Source: an uncultured Gammaproteobacteria bacterium (lineage in GTDB: Bacteria > Patescibacteriota > Microgenomatia > Levybacterales > GWA1-39-11). Taken from it: a stretch of 64,000 bases of DNA. A model generated the notes under the pieces. That model searched no databases and was not told where the DNA came from. It saw only the letters and a program-made list of their open reading frames with translations. The stretch lies in the NCBI GenBank assembly GCA_964568885.1, contig CAZMSF010000002.1:4367-68366 (forward strand). Reading direction: 5' to 3'. Positions 55,879 through 64,000 of the stretch are shown piece by piece; the stretch's first letter is position 1; every line of letters starts with the position of its first letter. The position numbers were made by a program, and so were the translations under genes.

Positions 55879-57537
55879 ATGGATACAAATCTTCTTGCCC
55901 GGCTATCAAAAATTATTGAAGGAGACATAGCGACCGACTCCATGACTCTGACCGAATACAGTCATGATGCTTCTCTTTTTGAGATGAAGCCCGAGGCCGT
56001 GGTCTTCCCGAGGGGCGAAAAAGATGTTGCCGCTCTTGTCCGGTTTGTCGCTGAAAACAAAAAAGAGCATCCACATCTCTCATTAACAGCACGTTCCGCA
56101 GGAACAGACATGGGTGGTGGTTCCATCAACGATTCCATAATAGTAGCTTTTTCAAAGTACTTTAATGCGAAGCCAAAAATTGATGCCGATAAAAGAACAG
56201 CAATTGTTGAACCAGGCCTTTTCTATAGAGACTTTGAGAAAGAAACCATTCGCGAAGGGCTTCTTTTCCCTTCGTATCCTGCGAGCCGGGGTTTGTGTGC
56301 TATGGGAGGAATTATTAACAACAATTCGGGAGGGGAAAAATCTTTGCAATATGGAAAAACCGAACGGTATGTGAAAAGCGTTAAAGTTGTGCTTCGGGAC
56401 GGAAGTGTTTGTGAATTCAAGAAGCTCACGATGGCAAGCCTTGAAAAGAAAATGACTCAAAAAGATCTTGAAGGGGAGATATATAGAAAGATGTTCAAAC
56501 TCATCAGCGATAATTACGACGAGATAATGGCCGCAAAGCCGCAAGTGAGTAAAAATTCTGCGGGATACTTTCTATGGAATGTCTATGACAAAGAAGAGGG
56601 GACTTTTGATCTGACCAAGTTGTGGGTTGGAGCCCAAGGAACCCTTGGGTTACTTTTGGAGGCTGAGGTATCACTCGTTCCTATCCATATGCACCGGGAG
56701 ATGATGGTTGTTTTTCTTCATGACTTAAAGCATCTGGGCGAAATCATCAATGCCGCGCTGCCTCTTAAGCCAGAAAGCTTTGAGTCATACGATGACAATA
56801 CCCTTAAATTGGCTCTCAAATATTTCCCGGAATTTGCTAAGCAATTGGGAGCAAAAGGGTTTGTCGGGGCGGGGATAGCATTTATGCCCGAATTCCTGAT
56901 GGTGATGCGCGGTGGCCTTCCAAAGCTTGTTTTACAAATAGATTTCACCGGCAACGACCCTGAAGAATTGAAGCAAAAAATTGCTACGCTCAAGGCAAAG
57001 CTGGCGCCGCTTCATCCCCAAGCAAAAGTTGCGGTAGAGTCACAGGAAGAAAAATACTGGCTTATCAGAAGGGAAAGTTTTAATTTACTAAGGAAGAAAA
57101 TCAAAAACAAGCACACAGCCCCATTTATCGATGATTTTGTTATAAAACCTGAATATATCGCCGAGCTTATACCTCAAATAAATGCCATCATTCAAAAGCA
57201 CAAAGACTATATGTATACGGTTGCTGGGCACATCGGAGACGGGAATTTCCATATTATTCCCCTTGTTGATATCACGAAAAAATCAGTACGGGATGCAATT
57301 CCCGAAATTTCAAAACAGGTTTACGATTTGGTAATAAAATACGGAGGGTCAATAACGGGAGAGCATAATGACGGTCTCATCAGAACGCCGTATCTGAGAC
57401 AAATGTATGGAAGTAAAATTTACGAGCTTTTTGAGGAAACGAAGCGAATATTTGATCCGGAAAACATATTCAATCCACGAAAGAAAGTCGGAGCGACTAT
57501 GGAGTACGCAATGAAGCACCTTCGGATGCAGTGGTGA
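55879..57537 (+). CDS. FAD-linked oxidoreductase (GlcD/D-lactate dehydrogenase family)
   Basis: RSAGT.M.G, PSYPAS, GAQGTLG, GHIGDGNFH, GEHNDG, FDPENIFNP. Confidence 0.93.
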   Translation: MDTNLLARLSKIIEGDIATDSMTLTEYSHDASLFEMKPEAVVFPRGEKDVAALVRFVAENKKEHPHLSLTARSAGTDMGGGSINDSIIVAFSKYFNAKPKIDADKRTAIVEPGLFYRDFEKETIREGLLFPSYPASRGLCAMGGIINNNSGGEKSLQYGKTERYVKSVKVVLRDGSVCEFKKLTMASLEKKMTQKDLEGEIYRKMFKLISDNYDEIMAAKPQVSKNSAGYFLWNVYDKEEGTFDLTKLWVGAQGTLGLLLEAEVSLVPIHMHREMMVVFLHDLKHLGEIINAALPLKPESFESYDDNTLKLALKYFPEFAKQLGAKGFVGAGIAFMPEFLMVMRGGLPKLVLQIDFTGNDPEELKQKIATLKAKLAPLHPQAKVAVESQEEKYWLIRRESFNLLRKKIKNKHTAPFIDDFVIKPEYIAELIPQINAIIQKHKDYMYTVAGHIGDGNFHIIPLVDITKKSVRDAIPEISKQVYDLVIKYGGSITGEHNDGLIRTPYLRQMYGSKIYELFEETKRIFDPENIFNPRKKVGATMEYAMKHLRMQW

Positions 57538-57547
57538 CACCCCCGTA

Positions 57548-58318
57548 TCAGGCTAAAATGAATTTCCCGATAACTTCGGCTACGCCGTCGCTATCAACAG
57601 TCGGGGCAATGAAGTCGGCGATTTCTTTCAAGTCGGGTACTGCGTTTCCCATCGCGACCTTAAGCCCCGATGCCATAAGAAGGGGAAAATCATTATATCC
57701 ATCGCCAACACCTATTATCTCTTCTCTTTTGAGGCTCAATTTTTCTGCAATGATTTCTATTCCATGAAGCTTTGTTGCATTTACATGTGTAATATTGAGT
57801 CCGTATTTTTCCGGATTTTTATGACGAGTTCTATAAATGTTAAGGTGGGGGAGTGAAAGCTCCTTCATGATGGTGTGGGTCTGGTCAAGTGTAAAATCTT
57901 CATAGGTATAAAACATTGAAACGTTGCCAGGATCGTCTCCTTTTTCAAATGGAGGAAAATTATCGTCATTTCGGGACAAACTTTCTCCATTCTTTATATA
58001 AAACGTAATGCTGTTCTTTTCAAAAACATCGATTGTGTGTTGCACGTCGGAAGATTCTATTGTTTGTTTGTGTATTACCTTTTCTGATGCAATATCAATA
58101 ACAAATGCTCCGGTGTCGATGACAATGTACCCATCGGTAAGGCCAAGCGGTTTTAAAATTTTTTTAGTCGAATAATATGACCGTCCCGTGACAAGGCAGA
58201 TATGGACTTTTTCCTTTGCTTTCGTTATCGCCTCCCTCACTTTTTTTGAAGGCATCGCATCGTATTGATAGGGAATAAGAGTCCCATCAACATCAAGCAT
58301 TATCGCTTTGTAATTCAT
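57548..58318 (-). CDS. Cof-type HAD-IIB hydrolase
   Basis: DVDGTL, TGR, K..G, GDGYND, MGNA. Confidence 0.95.
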   Translation of the reverse strand: MNYKAIMLDVDGTLIPYQYDAMPSKKVREAITKAKEKVHICLVTGRSYYSTKKILKPLGLTDGYIVIDTGAFVIDIASEKVIHKQTIESSDVQHTIDVFEKNSITFYIKNGESLSRNDDNFPPFEKGDDPGNVSMFYTYEDFTLDQTHTIMKELSLPHLNIYRTRHKNPEKYGLNITHVNATKLHGIEIIAEKLSLKREEIIGVGDGYNDFPLLMASGLKVAMGNAVPDLKEIADFIAPTVDSDGVAEVIGKFILA

Positions 58319-58376
58319 GTAAACAATTGTACCATTACAAAGTTGTTTTTGATGTTTTCTTTGGTATTATTTCAGA

Positions 58377-59162
58377 ATGGGGGAGAGACCTACAACAAGC
58401 CCAATGGAAGTCGTGACCGAAATGTCGCCGGGGACAACACGCATGTGTGTTGAAAATGGCGAGTGGTCTTTTGGGGCTCCAAATTATTATCTTGTCAGGG
58501 GGACAGACGGTGCGGTTGTTATAGATAGCGGGACGGGGACTGATGAAGAATTTGCGCTGTTTCGTAGCACTTGGTTATCGAAAGGAAAACCAAAAGTCGC
58601 TGCAGTTATTGTGACGCACGAGCATTTTGACCACGATGGGGGGAGTTTTGACTTTTCAGACCTCGTTGGCGCTCCCATAATAGGAGGACTTGGAGAAAGG
58701 GTTGAGGAACGGACGATGGATTTGGGAGAAAGGGTGGTCACAATTCTGCCGACTCCCGGACATACCGAGGATAGTTTGTGCGTTTTGGACAAAACATCAA
58801 ATAGCCTTTTTACGGGAGACACTATTATTGAGGACAAGTCGGTCGTAGTAGATGATATGGGAGAATACATACATTCTCTTGAGGAACTCAAAAGACTCAA
58901 CTCTGCCGCAATCCTTCCGGGTCACGGCAACCTAATTCCGGATGCAAGTCAAAAGATAGCCGATTATATTGCCCGTACTCATCGACGGGAAAGGATGATA
59001 CTGCGTTTTATTCACCACGGTTTGAATTCGGTTGACAGTCTGACAAAGCGCATGTATCCTCATAAGCCGCATGTAGGACAAAGGCAGGTACTGTCTCACA
59101 TTGAAAAGCTTATTAATGACGGTCTAATCACAGAGCAGGAAGGACAACTGACATTGATTTAA
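58377..59162 (+). CDS. Metallo-beta-lactamase-fold hydrolase with a C-terminal winged helix
   Basis: THEHFDHDGG, TPGHT, FTGD, PGHG. Confidence 0.92.
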   Translation: MGERPTTSPMEVVTEMSPGTTRMCVENGEWSFGAPNYYLVRGTDGAVVIDSGTGTDEEFALFRSTWLSKGKPKVAAVIVTHEHFDHDGGSFDFSDLVGAPIIGGLGERVEERTMDLGERVVTILPTPGHTEDSLCVLDKTSNSLFTGDTIIEDKSVVVDDMGEYIHSLEELKRLNSAAILPGHGNLIPDASQKIADYIARTHRRERMILRFIHHGLNSVDSLTKRMYPHKPHVGQRQVLSHIEKLINDGLITEQEGQLTLI

Positions 59163-59201
59163 ATCAATGTCAGTTTTATAGAGCTTGTTTACAATGCATG
59201 A

Positions 59202-59546
59202 ATGTTTGGTCCAGCCGATGTTCCCGAAATAACCGCTGAAGAAGTTTGGAAAGCTATTCAAAAGAAGAAAAAAGTAGTGCTTCTTGATGTGAGGACCCCA
59301 CATGAATATTCCCGGGGTAATATAGGAGGGAGCATGAATATCTCGGTTGAAAAAATACAGGATGAGGTACAAAAGCAATTTCCCGATAAAGATTCGACTA
59401 TCTACGTCTATTGTCTGAGCGGTTCACGGAGTGTTGTTGCGGTTGGTGCATTGGTGAAGATGGGCTATAAAAAGGTATATAGCATGACCAGTGGACTTCT
59501 TGCATGGAGGGCGATGGGGTATCCGCTTACACAGCCTGCGGGTTAA
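59202..59546 (+). CDS. Single-domain rhodanese
   Basis: LLDVRTPHEY, YCLSGSRS, GLLAW. Confidence 0.93.
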   Translation: MFGPADVPEITAEEVWKAIQKKKKVVLLDVRTPHEYSRGNIGGSMNISVEKIQDEVQKQFPDKDSTIYVYCLSGSRSVVAVGALVKMGYKKVYSMTSGLLAWRAMGYPLTQPAG

Positions 59547-59603
59547 CGCTATTTCTTACAATATTCTAATCGAACTAACGCATTTCTCTTCTACAATTCC
59601 TTC

Positions 59604-59720
59604 ATGGAGGATGAGGAGTATCAGGAACAAAGTTTGAGCTCGAAAATTCTGCCGGCTCTTATATTCATTATTTTGACAGCCATTCTCATCGCAAGTCTTT
59701 ACTATCTTTTCTTTCGGTAG
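59604..59720 (+). CDS. Putative 38-aa single-TM microprotein
   Basis: MEDEEYQEQSLSSKILPALIFIILTAILIASLYYLFFR*; TACAAT 6 nt before the ATG. Confidence 0.6.
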   Translation: MEDEEYQEQSLSSKILPALIFIILTAILIASLYYLFFR

Positions 59721-59782
59721 CAGAGTTGAAATTTCTCCCGACTTTACTTGATTTCAGGCTGAAAAGTGTTAGTATATGACAC

Positions 59783-60220
59783 ATGATTAAAGGAGAAGAT
59801 ATTTCGCCGATTTCAGAGGAGGTTCTTTCTGGTCCAACATATATTGATATTCTTGCAGACGCAACCGCAAGAACGGTCAACACCAGATTTAAGGCAGACA
59901 CATTGAGCTGGATGAATGCTGTTCGAAGTGGGCAGCTTGCTGCGCAAGCCGAACATCCGGGTTTTCTTTCCGACGTAAGCTTTGTGGAATTCCGCGAAGG
60001 GTATTTTTGGAGTGATGAAGTGCATACATTTCTCAATATTATGGGAAGAGCGGGAGCAATTGAGGTTCTGAGTCCAAGATATAGGGTCAGAGTTTTTGAG
60101 GCCGATGCCAAAGCCGACTTCTTAAATATCGTCGATCCTTTAGTTGAAGCACAAAAAGATGCTATTGTTCACATAACGCATGCACTTGATATGCAGGTAG
60201 GTCTTTCCCCGCTTCTATAA
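59783..60220 (+). CDS. Hypothetical protein
   Basis: 145 aa ORF with a promoter-like upstream sequence. Confidence 0.6.
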   Translation: MIKGEDISPISEEVLSGPTYIDILADATARTVNTRFKADTLSWMNAVRSGQLAAQAEHPGFLSDVSFVEFREGYFWSDEVHTFLNIMGRAGAIEVLSPRYRVRVFEADAKADFLNIVDPLVEAQKDAIVHITHALDMQVGLSPLL

Positions 60221-60279
60221 GAAAGTTGAGTTTGTCAAAGAATCATAGTACGCTTATTATCTACTATCCCTTTTCCCAT

Positions 60280-60861
60280 ATGATGTTTCTTTACGATAAT
60301 TTAAACTGGATGCTTTTCAACTTGGGGCTGGCATTGATACCCCTTGTTCTTGTGCACTTGCTCAAGAGAAAGCTCAATTCGGCGCTTCGTATTGTTCTCC
60401 TTTTTTTGTGGTTCATTTTCCTGCCCAATACCATTTATCTTGTTACTGATTTGGAATATCTTCCGTATCAAATTTTTCGTACCGGGTATTTAGAGCAAGC
60501 TTTTCTTTTCACCGAATACGGAATCCTTACATTTTTCGGCGTCTTTTCCTATCTTTATTCACTCGAGCCTATGGAGTTTTTTATAAAAAAAATTAAAGGT
60601 GGGGGAGCGGGCAAAAACGCTTTCTATATCGCTCTTCACACGATTGTTGCTTTTGGAGTAGTAATGGGAAAAGTTCAAAGGACCCACTCATGGTATATCT
60701 TTACCAACCCTCAACGGGTTGTAACTGACGCCATAAAGACTCTATCGGCCAACGATCTTGTTTTCTGGATATTCTTTTGTGCCGTTGTCATCAATGGGTT
60801 CTTTTTCGTATTCAAAAAGTACTTTCCTGCGTTTGCAATTCGAAAGAAAAAATCAGCCTAG
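60280..60861 (+). CDS. DUF1361-family membrane protein
   Basis: NLGLALIP, WFIFLPNTIYLVTD, G...R..SW. Confidence 0.88.
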   Translation: MMFLYDNLNWMLFNLGLALIPLVLVHLLKRKLNSALRIVLLFLWFIFLPNTIYLVTDLEYLPYQIFRTGYLEQAFLFTEYGILTFFGVFSYLYSLEPMEFFIKKIKGGGAGKNAFYIALHTIVAFGVVMGKVQRTHSWYIFTNPQRVVTDAIKTLSANDLVFWIFFCAVVINGFFFVFKKYFPAFAIRKKKSA

Positions 60862-60910
60862 TCTTAGGCGCTTGCATTCATGGAATTTGGGAGTATACTA
60901 ACCGTAAAGT

Positions 60911-61513
60911 ATGAATAAAAAGCTTTTGGTCGCAGCCCTCATAGTAATACTCCTTATCGCAGGCGTTGTCGGATATTTTGCAACCCAAAACAAAAAGGCG
61001 GCAACAACAACTACTACAGAAAATTCCCAGACGGCAACACAGCAAGCACCGTCCGAAGTTATGCCTGATTTTGTAAAGGCAATGCAAGGGTCGGGTTCCG
61101 TTAAGTGCACATATACCTATTCGGACGTAACAACGACTAGCTACATAAAGGACGGAAAGATACGGACAGAAATGACTGCAAAAGGAGTTACAAATAACTC
61201 AATCATGGCAAACAAAATTGTCTACTCATGGGCAACAGGACAAAAGACAGGAATAATGATGGATACGACTGCGCTCACCGCTTCAGTGACTCTGGGAGCA
61301 ACCGGTACTCAAAACTACAAAGATGCGGATTCGCTTAAGAGTGATTTGGAAAACTACAAACCTTCATGTAGTAACGAGGCAATTGCAGACTCGATGTTTG
61401 AAAAGCCAACAGGTGTTACTTTCACTGATTACAGCAAAATGATGCAGGACATAAAAAGCAAGATCCCTGCCAATGTCACTATCCCTGAGGGATACAAGGT
61501 TCCAACTCAGTAA
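60911..61513 (+). CDS. Exported single-TM hypothetical protein
   Basis: N-terminal TM; SVKCTY...YIKDGKIR...CS.....DSMF..P..V.F.D. Confidence 0.85.
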   Translation: MNKKLLVAALIVILLIAGVVGYFATQNKKAATTTTTENSQTATQQAPSEVMPDFVKAMQGSGSVKCTYTYSDVTTTSYIKDGKIRTEMTAKGVTNNSIMANKIVYSWATGQKTGIMMDTTALTASVTLGATGTQNYKDADSLKSDLENYKPSCSNEAIADSMFEKPTGVTFTDYSKMMQDIKSKIPANVTIPEGYKVPTQ

Positions 61514-61563
61514 TTCAGTTTTTCTCATTGACTTTGTGCTTTTCTCCACCGTACGATAAATAG

Positions 61564-64000
61564 GTGCAAGAAGAAAACCAGCAAGTTCAACAACCACCGC
61601 CTCCTCCAGCGCCTTCATTTCCAAAGAACGTTATTTTGAATTTATTCTCAAAGATTCCGAAACCGGTGTTTTTAGTGGTATTAATCGCCATTGGCATACC
61701 ACTTGTTCTATTTATACTGAAAGGGCCTCCAAGTACTTCTCCAACAAAACCAAAAAGTGAATTTTCGCTTGTCGAAAGTTCCCCTTCGGATCAACAAAAC
61801 GCAACACCCGTAATCGCTCAACCAACATTTGTTTTTTCAAAAAAAATAGGAATAAGCGAGAAGGAATTGGGAAAATATTTTACAATGACCCCAAAAACGG
61901 AAGGAAGTTGGCATATAGAGAAAAATGGACAGGTTGTGTATTTTGCCTCAAATAAGAAGGGGGGAAATAAATTTCCTCAGACGTTTGAATATCAGACGTC
62001 TTATTCTGTAACAATTGATAAAAGTTTTCATTCAGAAAATGGCAAACAATTAGGAGAAGAGGCGCATGTGACTTTTAAAACCCAACAGAACCCGGAATTT
62101 GGGCTCACCTCATACAAAAGTTTGCTGCCTGCTTTAGTGGGGGAATCAATTGATATCGAGGTTGGAGATTATAGTGGATATGAGGGTAAGTATGCTCAGT
62201 CAATCAAGCAGCAAATGACGGAACCGTACAAAGTCACACTTCAGAAAGCAACAAAGGAGGAATTGCTTTCTTATTTTAAATACAAAAAAAATTCTTATCT
62301 GGCAATAAATGAAGTGCCGGATGAGCTTGTCCACAGAGAGTCGGTTACGGCGACAGGTCAATATATGGCCCTAGGGCAAGGCGGATACACAAAAGCAATA
62401 CATGTATCAAGTCCTGTCTTTAAGACTCCCGGAATATATTTCGTTACTTTTTCGAATAAGTATGGACGTGACAGGCTTTTTGTTGTGGTTTCAAAACACG
62501 TTGCTCAAGTATTGCATGACAATAAGAAATCCTACGTTGTAACAACCGCCAGTGATACCAACAAGGCGATAGGGGGAATAAAGGTTGAGTATTACAATGC
62601 GCTTGAAAAAGTTAGCCTGCTTGACACGAAGTCAACCAACCCTGAGGGGATAGCGCAGCAGAACAAGTTTTCTGACGACACGGACTTTGTTGTGACCAGC
62701 CAAGGGGAGGATATTGCCATCACCTCTACTCGGGGATACCGAATGGGAATTGCCTCAGACGGGGAGAGTGAGGTCTTTTCGTATACCGACAGGCCAATTT
62801 ATCGTCCGGGAGACACTGTGCATTATAAGGCTGTTATTCGCGTCAGAGACGATAATGGAAATTACGCAATCAAGCAAAAAAAATATTATGTGAAGTATGT
62901 AGCCGGTTTTGATACAGCGAAGGGTGAATACAAAGAAGTGACAACCGATGAGAACGGAACATTGACTTTTGATACGAAAGTGCCGTATTCGGAGACGAAC
63001 CAGTACCCCAATATATATTTGGCATCAAAAAACGCCAAGGGAGAATACCAGTCGATGGATACATTGCCGATTTTGGTTGAGGCTTACAAAAAACCTGAAA
63101 TGGATATAAGCGTTAAGGCAAGCGAGAAGGAATACATAAGCGGAGATACATCGCACATGACCGTTATTGGTAAAACAAATTACGGCAAGCCTTTATCGGG
63201 CATAAAATTTACCTACCGGGTTATGCTTGTTGATTACACGGAATTGAAAGATAGGAATGATGAGCAGATAGAGGTAGATATTTATGCTAATTATTATGGG
63301 GGAGGAAAAGAATTAACAAGCGGTGCATCCGAATTTGACAAGAACGGAACGGCAAATATCGAGTTTTCGACAAAATTGCCGGAAAGTTTTGAACAAAGCC
63401 AAGTGGCACTCCTTGAAGTAACTCCTACAATCGGTGCCGTTCCTTCTTTTGGAAAAATTGTCCGTCTTATCCACCGGGGTGAGTTCGCCCTCTTTTTTGA
63501 TGGGATTGAAGGAAATACTACTACGGGTTTGAGTGGCTACACTCAAGCGCTTAATCACAATAATCCAAGACAAGCAGTCGGAAACATGAAGGGTAAGTTG
63601 ACTCTCACAAAAAAAGAATATTACTCGGAAAACGGACAGGTCATTGAGACGAGAGACATCGAACTCGATGGGAAAGGAAGGGTAGGTTTTACATTCAGAA
63701 ATCTGAAAGAAGGGAATTATGAGCTGAAATCGGAGTTTACCGACCAGCGGGGAAATAAAGTGACTGGCGTACAGATGACGTATATTGGGTCTCCTGTTCA
63801 GCTGACCGGGCCTGCGAGTGCAATGGCTGTTTCCTTCGACAAGCAAAAGTACAATGATGGGCAAACGGCTCGAGCAACAGTCATTTCCAACTTTCTTATA
63901 GATGACGTGTATATCGTAACAGCAGAGAATAAAGGCGGCATGACACGAATTGTGTCGGTTGAGCGACGAAAGGGAGAAGGGAGAACCAAGTCATTAACGA
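61564..64000 (+). CDS. Alpha-2-macroglobulin family protein, N-terminal part (runs off the window end)
   Basis: Not in the ORF track. GTG start after TTGACT...TACGAT; TM helix, Ig-like domain, in-frame MG2 motif YTDRPIYRPGDTVHYK at about 62782. Confidence 0.92.
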   Translation, partial: MQEENQQVQQPPPPPAPSFPKNVILNLFSKIPKPVFLVVLIAIGIPLVLFILKGPPSTSPTKPKSEFSLVESSPSDQQNATPVIAQPTFVFSKKIGISEKELGKYFTMTPKTEGSWHIEKNGQVVYFASNKKGGNKFPQTFEYQTSYSVTIDKSFHSENGKQLGEEAHVTFKTQQNPEFGLTSYKSLLPALVGESIDIEVGDYSGYEGKYAQSIKQQMTEPYKVTLQKATKEELLSYFKYKKNSYLAINEVPDELVHRESVTATGQYMALGQGGYTKAIHVSSPVFKTPGIYFVTFSNKYGRDRLFVVVSKHVAQVLHDNKKSYVVTTASDTNKAIGGIKVEYYNALEKVSLLDTKSTNPEGIAQQNKFSDDTDFVVTSQGEDIAITSTRGYRMGIASDGESEVFSYTDRPIYRPGDTVHYKAVIRVRDDNGNYAIKQKKYYVKYVAGFDTAKGEYKEVTTDENGTLTFDTKVPYSETNQYPNIYLASKNAKGEYQSMDTLPILVEAYKKPEMDISVKASEKEYISGDTSHMTVIGKTNYGKPLSGIKFTYRVMLVDYTELKDRNDEQIEVDIYANYYGGGKELTSGASEFDKNGTANIEFSTKLPESFEQSQVALLEVTPTIGAVPSFGKIVRLIHRGEFALFFDGIEGNTTTGLSGYTQALNHNNPRQAVGNMKGKLTLTKKEYYSENGQVIETRDIELDGKGRVGFTFRNLKEGNYELKSEFTDQRGNKVTGVQMTYIGSPVQLTGPASAMAVSFDKQKYNDGQTARATVISNFLIDDVYIVTAENKGGMTRIVSVERRKGEGRTKSLT

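Overview
Gene-dense, mostly low-GC bacterial chromosome segment (standard code, TGA = stop). It looks like a Patescibacteria/CPR (Microgenomates-like) genome, inferred from the short EF-Ts, the rpsB-tsf-rseP-frr order without pyrH, many Cys-rich or cohesin-like surface proteins and apparently leaderless genes. Main content: partial glyA; a ~10.5 kb minus-strand cluster of membrane-anchored, partly pilin-like surface proteins (three KPxIYLYP...EWGG-domain paralogs, cohesin-like, Cys-rich, vWA), five of which share a short NLQLKT-like motif; rpsB-tsf-rseP-frr-recR; a CofE-like ligase; purB; trhO; several transporters; a high-GC island with a divergent ppsA; purN-purD-purL-purQ; an MgtE-N/CBS + Nramp pair; glycoside hydrolases; and a partial alpha-2-macroglobulin. 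No rRNA, tRNA, CRISPR-Cas, transposase or integrase gene was recognised. The most unusual signals are non-coding. (i) Four genes have a diverged duplicate of their own first or last 7-25 codons a few tens of nt away, separated by short hairpin-forming inserts; two paralogs are broken at the same TGG|GGA site. (ii) Two copies of a ~100-120 nt covarying structured element lie just after TAG stops. (iii) GNA-triloop DNA mini-hairpins recur in intergenic regions. All functional calls come from motif recognition by eye; no searches were run.
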